Source: Felis catus
Taxonomy: Eukaryota
DNA length: 64,000 nucleotides
NCBI RefSeq assembly: GCF_018350175.1
Contig: NC_058368.1
Location: 214,832,001-214,896,000, forward strand
Direction: 5' to 3'
Translations under genes and position numbers: made by a program
Notes under the pieces: model-generated
Databases searched by the model: none
What the model saw: the letters and a program-made list of their open reading frames with translations, nothing else
Told to the model about the DNA's origin: nothing
Part shown: piece after piece, positions 1-12,740 of the stretch
Numbering within the stretch: the first letter of the stretch is position 1
How the letters are laid out: each line of letters begins with the position of its first letter

Positions 1-627
1 CATTTTCCTCAAGGATTATAAGTAGTGCTGTTAACTATGTGGAACCTAACCTCAGTAGATTAATCTAGTGCAATAAAAGCATCTGTGCCAAATAAAGAAT
101 TGTACTTTTGATAAATAGACTATTACTGAAGTATTAATCTCACTGATTGAAATGGTCTAATGAGAAGGTCAGAGAGAGATGTCCTACATAGTATTGCGGC
201 TACTGAGTTGTTTTCTATCAGTGGGTATAATAAAAATGTGAAAAATAAAAGCACATGAAATCAAAAGCAAAGCTGAATAATTTAAATACTCACGTATAAA
301 CTTTCCACTGATAATTAAAAAAGAAAATTGACTGAAGTAATGACTACCTGGGATGATTAATTGTGTTAATCAGGGGAGATGTTCATTGTTTTAAATGTTA
401 AAATGTTTTTTTTATGGCAGATACTAAAAATAAAGCTTTGAATACCTAAATAATAACTTTTAAATACAAGATTTTTCAGAAAAAGCTGTACATAGTGTTC
501 AGCTATAATTACAAATGTAAATTTTTGAATGAGTGTAAAAAATAATCAAAATCTTCCAACAAATTTATAATACACTATGAAACACCATGGTATACTTGTT
601 AGGAAGCAATGTTTTTCTCATTCAATA

Positions 628-757
628 AGAAAGAAAGAAAGAGACAGAAAAAGAGAGGTGGGGGAATGGAAGGAAGGAAGGAAGGAAGGAAGGAAGGAAG
701 GAAGGAAGGAAGGGAGGGAAGGAGGAGAGAGGAAGGGTAGGAAGGGAAGAAGAAAGA
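628..757. repeat. (GAAA)n/(GGAA)n purine-rich simple repeat
   Basis: Directly visible; explains the 577..765 low-complexity ORF. Confidence 0.95.
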
Positions 758-1033
758 TCCATTAATATGTTTTAATGTTATAGAATCTTAACTTTAAATT
801 AAATAAAGTAAGATTAAGATATAAAGACATCACCAGAATTAAAAATTCAGAGAGCTTTAAATTCCACTTTGACTATGGAATTTTAATTCTTCTAGTTAAT
901 AAACAACAAATATATTTCCTTACAGCATTTCTTTACATAAAGCCTAGACAGTGTATTTTCTGAAATAAACTTACCACATTCTCAAGAAGTTAAATTTCAC
1001 CTTATTAACTATAAAATTTATGTAGCACTTCAT

Positions 1034-1216
1034 TATATATATATATATGTACATATGTACACATACACTTATATACATATACACACACACACATACACAC
1101 ACACACATACATACACACATACTCTTTAAGTGATCTCTGAGCCCTCGTGGGACTTGAACTCATGACCTCAAGATCAAGAGTCACATGCTCTACCGACTGA
1201 GCCAGCCAGGCACCCC
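1034..1216 (-). mobile_element. Short old tRNA-derived CanSINE whose tail has become a (TA)n/(CA)n microsatellite
   Basis: Minus strand reads GGGGTGCCTGGCTGGCTCAGTCGGTAGAGCATGTGACTCTTGATC...GAGTTCAAGTCCC (A/B boxes); TSD gtagcacttc at 1022-1031 and 1220-1229. Confidence 0.9.
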
Positions 1217-2259
1217 TAGGTAGCACTTCTTATATTAAAAATGTGTTTTACAATTGGTACCCTTTGTTTTTTCTATTTTCTTTCTTTTTTTTTTTTTTTT
1301 TGGTATTCTATACAAATCTTTTTAGTCTACCCATGATTATGAATTTTATATACTATTTACACATTAACATAGATTCTTAGGGCAAAACAAATATAATTTG
1401 AGTTGTAGGTTAATTCAAATGCTAAAACAGGTGTCATAATGACAGAAATCCCTGCAGCTCCCAACCTGCATAAATCAGTCAATCAGAAATATTGATTCAT
1501 TTATCCTGACCTGATTTAAGCCCTTCATATTCTGACCCTGTTAAATTTCAATTTTTTTTCACAAATGCAGCATTTTCAAGTTTTTGGCCAGGTTGGCCAG
1601 CTTTTAATGCAAACTGGCTCCATGCTTTTAACTTCATTGTCCTTTCTCTTGTCCCTTCCATCTTCCATTAACCAAACCTATTTATTCTGCTCCCTTAAAC
1701 AGCTACACCATTTACTGTCTGTGCCACAACTCTGATCTATAACTTATGAGTTATATACAACATATCACTTATATGTATTGATAAGTATTTGTCAACTAAG
1801 CTTAATCTTATCAACTGATCGTACCTTCCTGAGGGTGTGGCTTATGTAATATTTATTCTTATTACTTCGGAGAAACTAGCAAGAGAGTTCCATGTTTTAC
1901 ATGAGTTGTTTTACATGATATCTTTTTTCACTGTTTCAACGAATGGAAATGCTTGTAAATGTATTAACTCGTAAAATGTTTCTTTTTAAGCACTAAGTGT
2001 TTATGCCATTACAGGTTGGTCAATTTCTGCCCCACCTTTTCCTTAGTGTCTCATCCTGGCACTTTAAACAACGTTAAGAAGGGATGGCATCAATATTGCC
2101 TTCTAAAATGTTCAGGGGAATGCTCGTAGCTGTGAGTGTGGAGGAAAATTTACTTCTTTATGAGTATTGTCTGGACAATTGAACCAACTTGCTCTGGTAA
2201 ATATGACATCAAAAATATTTACAATTAGATAGCTGCTTTCCATGGCATATATGCACTCA

Positions 2260-2530
2260 AAATTTATCCCACAAGTATCTGTTGAGTGCTTATTAGGTGT
2301 TTTGGTGTTAGATGAGTAAAATAGACAAAGTCTGTGCTGTCATGACTACCTGAGTGGCTTGACCCAAATAGAGAGTGAAAAGTGGCAAGAACTGAGCTAA
2401 GAAAATGTCTTCTGGTCAAATCAGGAGGGTTTGGTTGAATTGGCCAAGAGGTTTCTGTTAGGTGTGTGATGGAAAGCCGTGAGAGATTTGTGTAGAGATT
2501 GTAAACGACCTGATATAGATCTGAAACATT
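2260..2530 (-). mobile_element. L2 fragment
   Basis: Degenerate L2 3' motif (tatctgttgagtgctta...gacaaagtctgtgctgtcatg). Confidence 0.5.
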
Positions 2531-2849
2531 TCATCTTGGCTGCTGCTGTTTCTCAAAGTTGAGTTCTATTATTACTCTTAAAAACTTACATATACATATA
2601 TATATGTAAGTTGTATATTACAAAATGTGTATATGTTAATTATGTATGTTATGTAAAATTACACATACATGTGTGTTTATATATCAGAATTTTAACAGTG
2701 GTTGCATCTAGTGATGGAAGTGAGAGTTTTAGCCAATCTCCATGGCTATGCCATATGGGTCTTGGGGAAGCAACCACAAGCCTGATACAGGACCATGTCT
2801 TGATTTTGTCACTGTGCCTTCATGTTTCCTGCATTCTATACCCATCAAG

Positions 2850-3445
2850 ATGATCTTTCTAAAATAAAACTTTGTTGAGTTTACTTACTGTTTAAAACCC
2901 ATCTATAGCTCTCTATTGTTGTCATGTAAAAACTTAGAAGTTTTAAGGAAACTGAAAAAGCCCTCAGCCTCATATCTCGTTTATTGTCCTCTTAGTACAA
3001 TATTCAAATCAACATAATCTTCTTAATGTCACTAATATCTAAGCTCTTTCTAGCCTAGAAACTCATCTCTTTGGAGGAGTTTCTTTCCTATACCCCAGGA
3101 CAAAGTACAGGTGTCAACTCCTCTGAGATCTCCCTGCTTTTTCAAGGGTTCCCTTTCAAGATGAGCCTATAGCATCCACTGCTAACCTCTGATAAGACGT
3201 CTACAAGACTGTGTCATAATTGTCTCTTTGCCTATCTTTCTTCTCAGGAAATTGTAACCTCTAGTGGCATTAAAGCTATCTATCTATATCATCTATATCT
3301 ATATCTATATCTATATCTATATCTATATATCTAATCATCTATATCTATATCTATCTATATCAAACTTATTATTTTCAGAAATTTGCAAAATTCCTGGCAT
3401 ATTATTTATTAACTAAATGTCCTGTGTTCATTAACCAATAAAATG
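2850..3445 (+). mobile_element. L2 3' fragment containing a (TATATC)n/(ATCT)n microsatellite at ~3275-3360
   Basis: L2-like motifs (gatctttctaaaataaaac, gaaattgtaacctc, ttcctggcata); microsatellite directly visible. Confidence 0.5.
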
Positions 3446-4149
3446 AGATTGTGAGGTTCCATTTAGAAGGCACTTTTCAGTAGGGGCACAAAAGGCAGTA
3501 CTTACATGTGTATTTAGGCAATACTTTTAGACCAGGCAAAAGCTAACCTGATGAATAAGAGATTTGGGGGGAAATAATTTTTAAAATAATGGTAAAAATA
3601 TATTTGATGTAAAGAATTATGAATACAGATACATTTCTGAATGGACCTAGCTTTTACCCCTCCTATTACAATTCAACTTGCATATAATGCCAGATTCATT
3701 TTCCTTCTAAAGCAGGAAGTTCTTTCTCTTGATGGAAATCTTTAAGGACCCCATTTAATCTACTGCCTAATGTGCAACTATCTTATGGTTGCATTCAGTC
3801 TTCCACATTAGCTTTCTTATCTGTGATAGTATAGAAAAAGAAATTACTCTGTAGAACTTACCATCTGAATTTCTACTTCCTAAGGGAGAAACAAAATAAT
3901 TCACTTGGGCATATACTCTTTATTAAGAAAAATACCAAGGTGGGATTTTTGCTGTGAGACAGTAAATCTTCAAGGCATTGTGAGAAGGCAGAAGTGAAAT
4001 AAAATGCAGTAAATTGCTTTGCATAACACAGTAAGATGATATTTTAGCTTATTCAGGCAAGTAGGAAGGAAGAGAAGATCTTGGGGTAGCAAGGGTAGGA
4101 GAATCCTAACAAGATACCAGAAACTAGTTTTTATATAACAGAGCATAGG

Positions 4150-4530
4150 AGAGACCAATGCATTCCTTTTATTAAAAATAGAACCTCCTAAATTTTAGGT
4201 AGGCACCTGGCTGCCATAGTAATAGCTACATTTCCCAACCTTTCTTACAAATAGATGTCACCAGGAGACTAATGTGGGACCAGTGGGTTTTGACCAGAAG
4301 TATTCAGGTTATGGTTTGTCTATATAAAGAAGGCACTACTTGCTCTAGGCTTTTTTCTTTCCCCTTCTCATGGACTGGGAAATAATGGACACTAAAAGCC
4401 ACCCTTTGAACAAATAGAACTACCACCCCAGCCCTCTTCTACTCATTTCTGTACTATTAACACACAATTGAAATAAAGTTCTATTTTACTTGAGCCATTG
4501 AATTCATGGTTCATTTTGTTTCAGTAGCTC
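4150..4530 (+). mobile_element. Old MaLR (MLT1-type) solo LTR
   Basis: ctacatttcccaacctttctt near the start; aaataaagttctattttacttgagccattg...ttgtttcagtagc is a typical MLT1 3' end. Confidence 0.65.
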
Positions 4531-6519
4531 TATTACTAGAAAGGATTACTAATATCTAATTTTAAGACCTTTCTTATGCTTTTCTACAATTTATTCTTCC
4601 TGTTACTCCAACACTTCAATAAAAGACTCCTACATTTTCATTCTTATGTAAGTGATTGGCATGTGCCCCCCAAAAAGGACAATTTGGAAAAATATTCTGT
4701 AAGAATAGAACTTGCTGAAATTAAGAAGTAGAAGCAGAAAATTAGAATCAGATGTGAGGATGAGAAGCCTAAGTTCTCTTTGAATCCCTGGAGAAATGCA
4801 GAGGAAAGAATGGGTTTTCTTTTACATTTGTTCTAGTAGTTTTATTTAAAGCCTAAAGATAAGTTATCTTGGCAGAATGGAGGGCTTGAGCTTCTCACAT
4901 AAGTGACTCTTGGGTCACGTTACTTTTCCTACTTCATCTCTTACTTTTTCTCGTTAATGAACCCTTTGCTCTACTGAAAATAAGTACAGTTCCCTGGCTT
5001 CAGAATAGGTCATGTATGTAAGTAGGCTATTTTCTTCAAGTTTTGCCCCTTTGTCAACACATGTCCACTTTTCTCTCCCTGCCTTTTATTATAGTTACTC
5101 TGTTTTAGCTGTTTGTTCTCTAGCAAGTTAGAAGGGAAGGCTTGCTTATAGATAACCCAAAATATCTAGTATATTTTAAATAAACTTAATGGTATCCTTT
5201 GTCCCTTCTTTTATGACATCTGTTATTTAGTCTTTAACTTCAGTCATATAAAACTGAGGTATTCTTGTAAGTTCACAAATACCTGGAGATTGCCCTAGGT
5301 TTTTTTAAACTCCCCCCACATAAATTTAGTAATTTCATGTCAGCGGTATTAGAAAATGAATGACTTGGATAATGGGTGATTACTTTGACTCTGTATACCA
5401 GATTAATTAATTATTATGAACTAATTATTAACATGGTATGTTAAGAGTAGGTTGCTAATGCAACTCTACCCCCTTATAATTTGTCACTGAAACTACTTAT
5501 AATAGTCTTTATGCTTTGATTTTTTCAAGCTAATGTATATAAAGACAATTTTAGTTGAATTACACTCTTTGAATTCTCATGGGGGTCACAAAAATGAAAT
5601 CAATGAAATCATTCATTTATATGGTCAATTTCTTCTTTAGTGAAAATATTACTGATTCTGTAATGGATTCCAAAACCCAGGGCGGACAGTTTAGACACTA
5701 AGTAAATAAAATCTGTCTTATTCTTAAAAAAAAATAGACTTGAGAAGAAGGGGTGGACATGTAAACAATACATTATAAATAAGCAATACTTAACTAGCAT
5801 AAATTTTCGCAATATGAATTTTAGCAGAAAATTTATGAATACATTTATTAAAATGAAATAATTTTCCATTTGTGTGCTCAAGTCTATAATGGCCCTATTG
5901 GTAGACAATACTATCGCTCGGTAATCCCTTAATTGCCCACTTCTGTTATTGATTTTTGCTGCCACAGCTTTTGAAATCATCCACCTACAGGCTGAAAATA
6001 TTGGGTTAGTGTCCCAGTGACTTCCCAGGTTCTTCAGTGAGAACATAGCTTATTGAATTGCAATCTTCTGCCATGACCATATTCGGTCTTCCAAGGCTAC
6101 AGCACACATGTGTGGATTTCCATGCAAAGGTATCAGAATGCCAGCTTAACCCCAAGAATGTTTTTTGCCCCAATTTAGTAATGTTCTAATATCTGTTAAT
6201 CCCAATAGTCATGTTCTCCTGTCTCTAGCAGTTTCTTTCCTTGAAATCTGGACTACTTTTTTTACCATCCAAGGGAGGTTACCCTTAAATCTGTGATTCT
6301 ATGTACCTCTTCCAATGGAGCTACCTCTAGAAACTTAAGGTGATTCTGTAACTCTTCTTTAAAGTAAAGACTGATCAGCTCCTGTCTTCCTTAACTAGAG
6401 AAAATTTTTTAAATTTAATTTTAACATCTGATGGGGTATCCCACAACTACTATCACAATTGCTATTGCAGGTTTATGGGAACTAGCAGAGGCACAAAAGA
6501 GTGGTGATCAATTTTACTT

Positions 6520-7045
6520 AGAAAGATGTTTTCAGAAAAGACCTCAGGAAGAAGCTAAACTAAGAGTATTGGAATATGAACGAAGCATTGGAACATGAAT
6601 ATGCCTTAGGCAGTTTAGGCAAAGTGGTAAAGGATATGGCAGTGTGGGACCCATGAGAAAAGGCTCAGAGGTGAGACATACAATGGTACTTTATGGAAAT
6701 GTGTATAATTTGGAGTTGCTGGTACTTTAAATGATAGTGTAGATCAGTATATGATAGGTCATGGCCGTAGGCAAGGTTACATCATGGACACTATAATGCT
6801 TTGCCATGTATTTTGGTCATAATCCTACAGTCAACACATATTATTTAAAGATTTTAATCAGATCTTTGCCAATTATTATATTTAAATTTGAATAGTGACT
6901 CATCAAACAGGAGTGTAGGTGATATATTGGAGAGATTTGAGATTATTAAACTCTTCTAAATAAAGGAGAATTATTATCTAAACCAAGGAGATTTAGATAA
7001 TATATTCAATTATATATGGAAGTTGTATTGACAAGTCTTGGTCAG
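6520..7045 (-). mobile_element. L2 fragment
   Basis: Degenerate purine-rich L2 antisense motifs. Confidence 0.45.
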
Positions 7046-7189
7046 AGTCCAGTCCTTTAAACTGCTTAAACAAAGCTGGTTAGTACAATTTTACTGATTT
7101 TAGGCTTTTTTGTTTTAATTGGACCAGATGGTAATTTCTATTTAGTATTTCAGTGTTGTTGTTTTTTTTTTTTTCTATATTTGCTGATA

Positions 7190-7880
7190 ATTTGCTTTCA
7201 GGTCCATTCCTCATCCCTTCATGTTCACCCTATTTTGTAGTGAGTTGATTCCTGAAATCTACTTTTCCAGAGCTCTTTGTCAACAAGCTTCTATGCCATT
7301 TCCACTAATAGGAGACACTACCAGAAAAGATAGAGAAGTCCAGACTTTTCTCCCTAACTTCTCTGCTTCAGACAGCATCCCCAAGAGTGGCTGCATCTCC
7401 TCAGGTGTTCTGACTCCCAACAAAAAGCCAGTTTCTCCTTAACCCTTCCTTCTTCTAGCCAAGCAGCCACCTGGTAGTCTCAGAGCCCAGTCTCTGTAAC
7501 ACCAGCTCTCTTGTTCTTATAGAGTTGATTCTATAAGACTTGCTGATGATTCCTGATTTGCCTTTCAACTCATTCAAGACTCTAGGAACTTGTTCCCCAT
7601 CTTAACTACCCTCTTTTTTTTTTAAGAGAGAGAGAGAGAAAGAGAGAGCATGAGCAGGGACAGACAGAGGCAGTGGGAGAGAGAGAATTCCAAGCAAGCT
7701 CCAATCCAGTGCAGAGCCTGACACAGGACCTGTCTCATGACTGTGAGATCATGCCCTGAGCAGAAATCAAGAGTTGAGTGCTCAACTGACTGAGCTACCC
7801 AGGCATGCCAACTGCACTACCCTCTTTTGAACTATCAAGCCTGACCTCTGTTTTCTTCACTGAACCACTGGACACTGATT
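7190..7880 (+). mobile_element. ERVL-class LTR (LTR16/LTR33-like), interrupted by a SINE
   Basis: ctacttttccagagctctttg...ccactaataggagacact motif; ends ctctgttttcttcactgaaccactggacactgat. Confidence 0.55.
7618..7809 (-). mobile_element. CanSINE
   Basis: Antisense tRNA-like head, (CT)n and tail; TSD actaccctctttt at 7605-7617 and 7816-7828. Confidence 0.93.
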
Positions 7881-8612
7881 GAATTTTTTAAAAAGTATTA
7901 CCAGTATTGGTGCCTAGAAGAGCTATCAGTACTCTCTCTGTGTAGAGAGGATCATGATTGAATGTGGTTTTATACTCTTCAAAGCAATTCACATTCCTTT
8001 TTTCATGTTATTCTTAAAACGATCCTGTGAGAAGAGACAGGGATCCAGAGAGTTGTGACATGTTCCTTAAGTTTTTGACAAAAAATATTTTCACTGTAAG
8101 AACAACTGTAATAACAGAAAGTTCCTGATTCAGCATCTGAAACTACACTGCGGTGACTTCTCTAGTTTAATGTCTTTGACTCCTTCTAACTGAGTTTTAT
8201 ATGTTGCCTTGCAAATTTTTTAGAGTTACTTCTCCTCTGAAGCCATACAACAAGCAAAATTTAAATATATATAAGCGTACATATGTTAATATAATCGGTG
8301 CCAGTGTTGAAAGTTTTTATATTAGCCTTAGCATTTGGCTACAGATCAGTTTAATATGATCAAAATATTTCTTCCCAGAACTTAGAACTTCACGAAAAAA
8401 ATCTGGTAAATTAGGAAGGGAACATTCAAATCTTCAGCTCAGGTTTAGGTTGTAAATAGTTGTGAGAAAGCTGAGATGTTCATTGTCCCTCATTGCCCAC
8501 CACCGCACTCACCATCATTATCACCATCACCACCACCATTGCTTCTGTTCTGCTCCTCAGAATCCTGGGAATCTTAGGACACTAACTATTTACAATAGGA
8601 TATAAGCTTGAG

Positions 8613-8695
8613 TATAATTCTAAAAAATACTTCCTTAATCTGGGGCTAAAACCTCTCTAAAGCTGCCTTAGAGCATCAGGTTGGGACTACTGAAC
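8613..8695 (+). repeat. 83-bp dispersed direct repeat, copy 1
   Basis: 77/83 identical to 9826-9908 by manual alignment, no gaps. Confidence 0.95.
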
Positions 8696-9330
8696 GCAGG
8701 AAGATTAAAAATTTCCCTGGGGTCACTGCACAGTCTGAAGATTTTGGAATGAATTCAGAAACAGAAGTTTCCTTTCCAAAGCTGCTCTGAGCAAGCTCCT
8801 TCAGGAGCTGCATTTGGCCTGAGGGCCAGAGCACTTCCTGTTTATGGCCAGCTGTCCAACTTGGTTTTCCCAAGGCTGACATTATTCTAATCACTATGGC
8901 TTGAGATCTCGGGGTTATCTTTAACTCCCCATCCTTCACTGTTGTCTGGTTCCAAACAAACAGCCAGTCTACCTTATTTTCTCTAAATACTTCTGACATT
9001 TTCCCTCTTATATGTCATTACCATGAACGTTTGTAACTTTAAACTCTCATTTTCCTCTGGGAGTATATTATCCCCCTGATTCTTTTCTCTAACTGTTCCA
9101 ATTAATCTCAAAACTCTTTTATCAGATCATTTCTCTACAGAAATTGTTTCAATGGCTCCCTAATGCCTGTAAGATAAACTCCAGGTTATGCCTTTGGGAT
9201 GATTGCCATTGAAAGGTTACTAACAATTAGATTTACCCTGTTTTTGCAACATTATCTATACATACTACACATTACTTCCCTTTAAAATCCCTATTCTAGA
9301 AAGTTAATGTTTATTCAGGGACTCTTAAAT

Positions 9331-9361
9331 TATATATATATATATATATGTATATGTATAT

Positions 9362-9400
<39 letters not shown>
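9331..9400. repeat. (TA)n(TATG)n(CA)n compound microsatellite
   Basis: Directly visible. Confidence 0.97.
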
Positions 9401-9402
<2 letters not shown>

Positions 9403-9516
9403 CTTCTATAGGTACTTCAAACAATTTTATTTTTACCCTACTTTTCTTTCTTTGTTCTCCTTTTCTTAGCTCATTATTACATATATGCCAAGTTTCAATT
9501 CAAATGCCACTTCTTT

Positions 9517-9725
9517 GGGGTGCCTGGGTGGCTCAGTCGGTTGAACATCCAACTTCAGCTCAGGTCATGATCTCACGGTTTGTGGGTTTGAGCCCTGCGT
9601 CTGGTTCTGTGCTGTCAGCTCAGAGCCTGGGTCCTGTTTCAGATTCTGTGTCTCCCTCTTTCTCTGCCCCTCCTCTGCTCACGCTCTGTCTCTCTCTGTC
9701 TCAAAAATAAATAAACATGAAAAAA
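9517..9725 (+). mobile_element. Feliform CanSINE
   Basis: Full head-to-tail match; perfect 20-bp TSD aattcaaatgccacttcttt at 9497-9516 and 9726-9745. Confidence 0.97.
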
Positions 9726-9825
9726 AATTCAAATGCCACTTCTTTTAAAATTATTTCCGGATTATTCATATTTAATTTATGGTTCTTTATTCAATTTTAA
9801 TATTATACCTTGTGTGTGTGTGTGA

Positions 9826-9908
9826 TATAATCCTAAAAAATACTTTCTTAATCTGGGGCTAAAACTTCTATAAAGCTGCCTTAGTGCATCGGGTTGGGAC
9901 TACTGAAC
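9826..9908 (+). repeat. 83-bp dispersed direct repeat, copy 2
   Basis: 77/83 identical to 8613-8695. Confidence 0.95.
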
Positions 9909-10834
9909 AGAATATTAGAATCAGAATATTTATGTCCTGATGTCCCATCTCATTTAAATTATAAGCATATTAGAAATAGGAACCAATAACGTAGACTTCT
10001 TTGTGTACTAACATCACTTAACCTGATACTTTGAATTCCTTAATATAATAGGAATCAAGGTAATATTTGTTTATTCTTAGCAGGCTGCTCTGATTCTAAC
10101 CTCCCATAACATTCAAACCCAGGCTAACCTGGAGGATAAGCGGGCATGAAGCTTTTGTTGTCATAGTTGGAAATGAAGCAGATGTTTTATTCAGCATTAG
10201 TATTTTTGCATTTGTTTATTGATTTTGATGTCCATGACATCTTTGAACATTTTGAGAGTTTTTCAGCTCCCTGAATGTTTGCCGTATTTTTGAAATGCTA
10301 CCAAACCTTCAGTGCATGCATCCTTCAATTGGAATGTATAAATGTTTTTTTTTTCTTAACCTTCTCTCTGTCATTTCAAATCCCAGATTTTTGTGTATAA
10401 TTTAAATGGAGTAATCTGATAAATGGCTTATTATGATTTATTATTGGATAAACTACATAGCAAAAGCTATGTATATCCATTTATTTCTAATAACAGATTG
10501 GTACTTAAAAGAGCCAAAATCCCAGTAAATGCAAACAAAAACAACTCCAAAGATTTGTTTTGTACCATTTATTTTCAATGTGCTTTAATTGCACTGGAAC
10601 TTTAATTGAGCTGTAATTGCATTTTATTGCACGCATTTGTATGAATTAAAAAATACTTAAAGCTGAAATGTGGGGATGAAACAATTTCATGCATATAGTG
10701 GAACAGTTACCATAAAGAAAAGTTTTATCATCTTTTATAGTATCACTATCGGGCCCTTTATAAGTTAAGCTTTCAATCCAATCACATTTTATTCATCTGT
10801 GCTTTTATTTTTCTGAATATCCTCATTTTTTTAA

Positions 10835-11276
10835 CCCTCTAGACCTCTTTATTTATTCTCAGCCCCTCTCTGCCCTGAAAGTTTGAACATTTGTGGGTTT
10901 CCTTGTCCTTTGGCTTTATGTTGGATTCAGCCAATGGGAGGCAGTTAGAGCAGACGAAAGCTATGAGAAAAGACTGGTCTGGGTATTTATACTTACTATT
11001 CTGGCAGTGTTTCCCTTCCTCTTTGCCTATAGCTCCTCTTGGCTGTCCCTCTTCCACACATCTAGCTCTGGCTAGGCTCTCAGAAACACTGCACCTTCTC
11101 TGTTCCTTTCACTCAGCATGGTCCTAGCTTCCTGCTGTTGCTAATTCCTGGGTGTTTCTCTATTTCTTCTTGGTGTCCTTAACTTCACCTTCACCTCTGT
11201 GTAGAGTTTGTGAAACTCACTTCATTTAAACACTTTGAAGACCATCTGTTTCCTGCTGGGAACTTTAAATGATACA
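10835..11276 (+). mobile_element. ERVL-class solo LTR (LTR33-like)
   Basis: ttccttgtcctttggctttatgttggattcagccaatgggaggc motif and 3' end ccatctgtttcctgctgggaac...tgataca. Confidence 0.7.
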
Positions 11277-11798
11277 TCATCCATACAAATTTATAAATCA
11301 GCTTCTTTTACTGTGTTTTTAATATACGAGACATAAATGGTATTCAGCTAGGAAAAAAAACTGTCTACTAAATACAGCATGTGAGATTAGTTTCCAGACT
11401 AAACCCTGACCTTTCTGTTCATTAAGCACCAACTAAAGTGTAACTAGGTATTAGTTTGTAAAAGAGTTGGGTTCAAATCCTCACTATTGCTTAGGTTGGA
11501 TTAAGGACTCTTCTATTATTAATTTATGTCAATGTGTATTGATTAAGTTGGGCTAGTATGCCAATTCTGTTTTAACCTTAAAACAAACTACCACCCAAGT
11601 TAGATATTGCTCATATGCCTAAGTAAGAGTAGGTGCTACCACTGAGCTATGGCTAATTGAATCTATATTTGGGCTAGACAGCCCTGAAATCCTTTGACGT
11701 CTGACACTGGCTTTTCAGTTTAAATATTTTCATTTCCATAACTGTCGAATTTTGCTAAGATATAACTAAGATTTACTTAAGAATATCATTTATTCCTT

Positions 11799-12012
11799 GG
11801 GGTGCCTGGGTGGCTCAGTGGGTTGAGCATCCGACTTTGGCTCAGGTCATGATCTCGCGGTTTGTGAGTTCAAGCCCTGCATCGGGCTCGGTGCTGATAG
11901 CTCAGAGCCTGGAACCTGTTTCTGATTCTGTGTCCCATCCGCTCTCTGCCCATCCCCCGCTTGTGCTCTGTCTCTCAAAAATAAATAAATAAATGTAAAA
12001 AAATTTTAAAAA
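11799..12012 (+). mobile_element. Feliform CanSINE
   Basis: Perfect 20-bp TSD aagaatatcatttattcctt at 11779-11798 and 12013-12032. Confidence 0.97.
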
Positions 12013-12504
12013 AAGAATATCATTTATTCCTTGTGTCTTTTTTGTTTTTTCAAAATATCACCCAGTTTTTTTAGCTTGTCATGAATGTACTCCAAGGCTA
12101 GATTTCTTAAGGTCTCACAATTATTCTTGTTTGTTCCTTGTATATTTATATATTTAATGGGCCATCAGCTACTCTCCATAAGTTTTTAGCAGATGTAGCA
12201 TTATTTTCCCAGGTTCAATATTTGCAAAGCAATAAGCAGTTTATTGGCCATTTCTAACAAGAAACAATTCCTGAAATTTTTATACATTTTGTTTACCGAG
12301 TTAGCTGAGATCTATCTGTTCAGTATGCACAGCCATTGATGTTTTCACAGCCAGGCACGGATAGCAACGGTTGGAGAGTCTGCCAAAACAGGTTATGTTA
12401 CAGCTTAAGAGATGAGACTTAAAATTGAGACAGCAAATGACCTTTATTTAATATTGAAGTATTTAATTTATATTTTTGTCTGCACTCATTTTAACCTATG
12501 ACCT

Positions 12505-12740
12505 GTAATAATAATGACTAATGCTTTACTTAGGGCTTAGTTTATGCCAGGCACTGTATTAAGTGTTGTTTACAACACCCTGTTTAAGCCTCCTATTTTA
12601 CGCTATTACTAATAAAATCTCCAATAATAGAAAAAGGAATCAAGGATTAGAGTAGTTCAGTAACATGCCCATAGTCATACAGCTGGTATGTGGTGGGAAA
12701 TATTTCAAATGAAGTATGTTTTAATCCAACCTCATAGGCT
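12505..12740 (-). mobile_element. MIR SINE
   Basis: tttatgccaggcactgtattaagtg...agtaacatgcccatagtcatacagctggta is antisense MIR core. Confidence 0.8.

Larger units (their letters stand above)
8880..10070 (+). mobile_element. Fragmented L2 interrupted by a microsatellite, a SINE and the 83-bp copy
   Basis: L2 motifs tcaatggctccctaatgcctg, tcaattcaaatgccacttct, aaattataagcatattagaaataggaacc. Confidence 0.5.

Noticed and set aside
1123..1216. tRNA gene
   Set aside because: The tRNA-like A/B boxes belong to a CanSINE head with tail and TSD; the same applies to all other SINE heads
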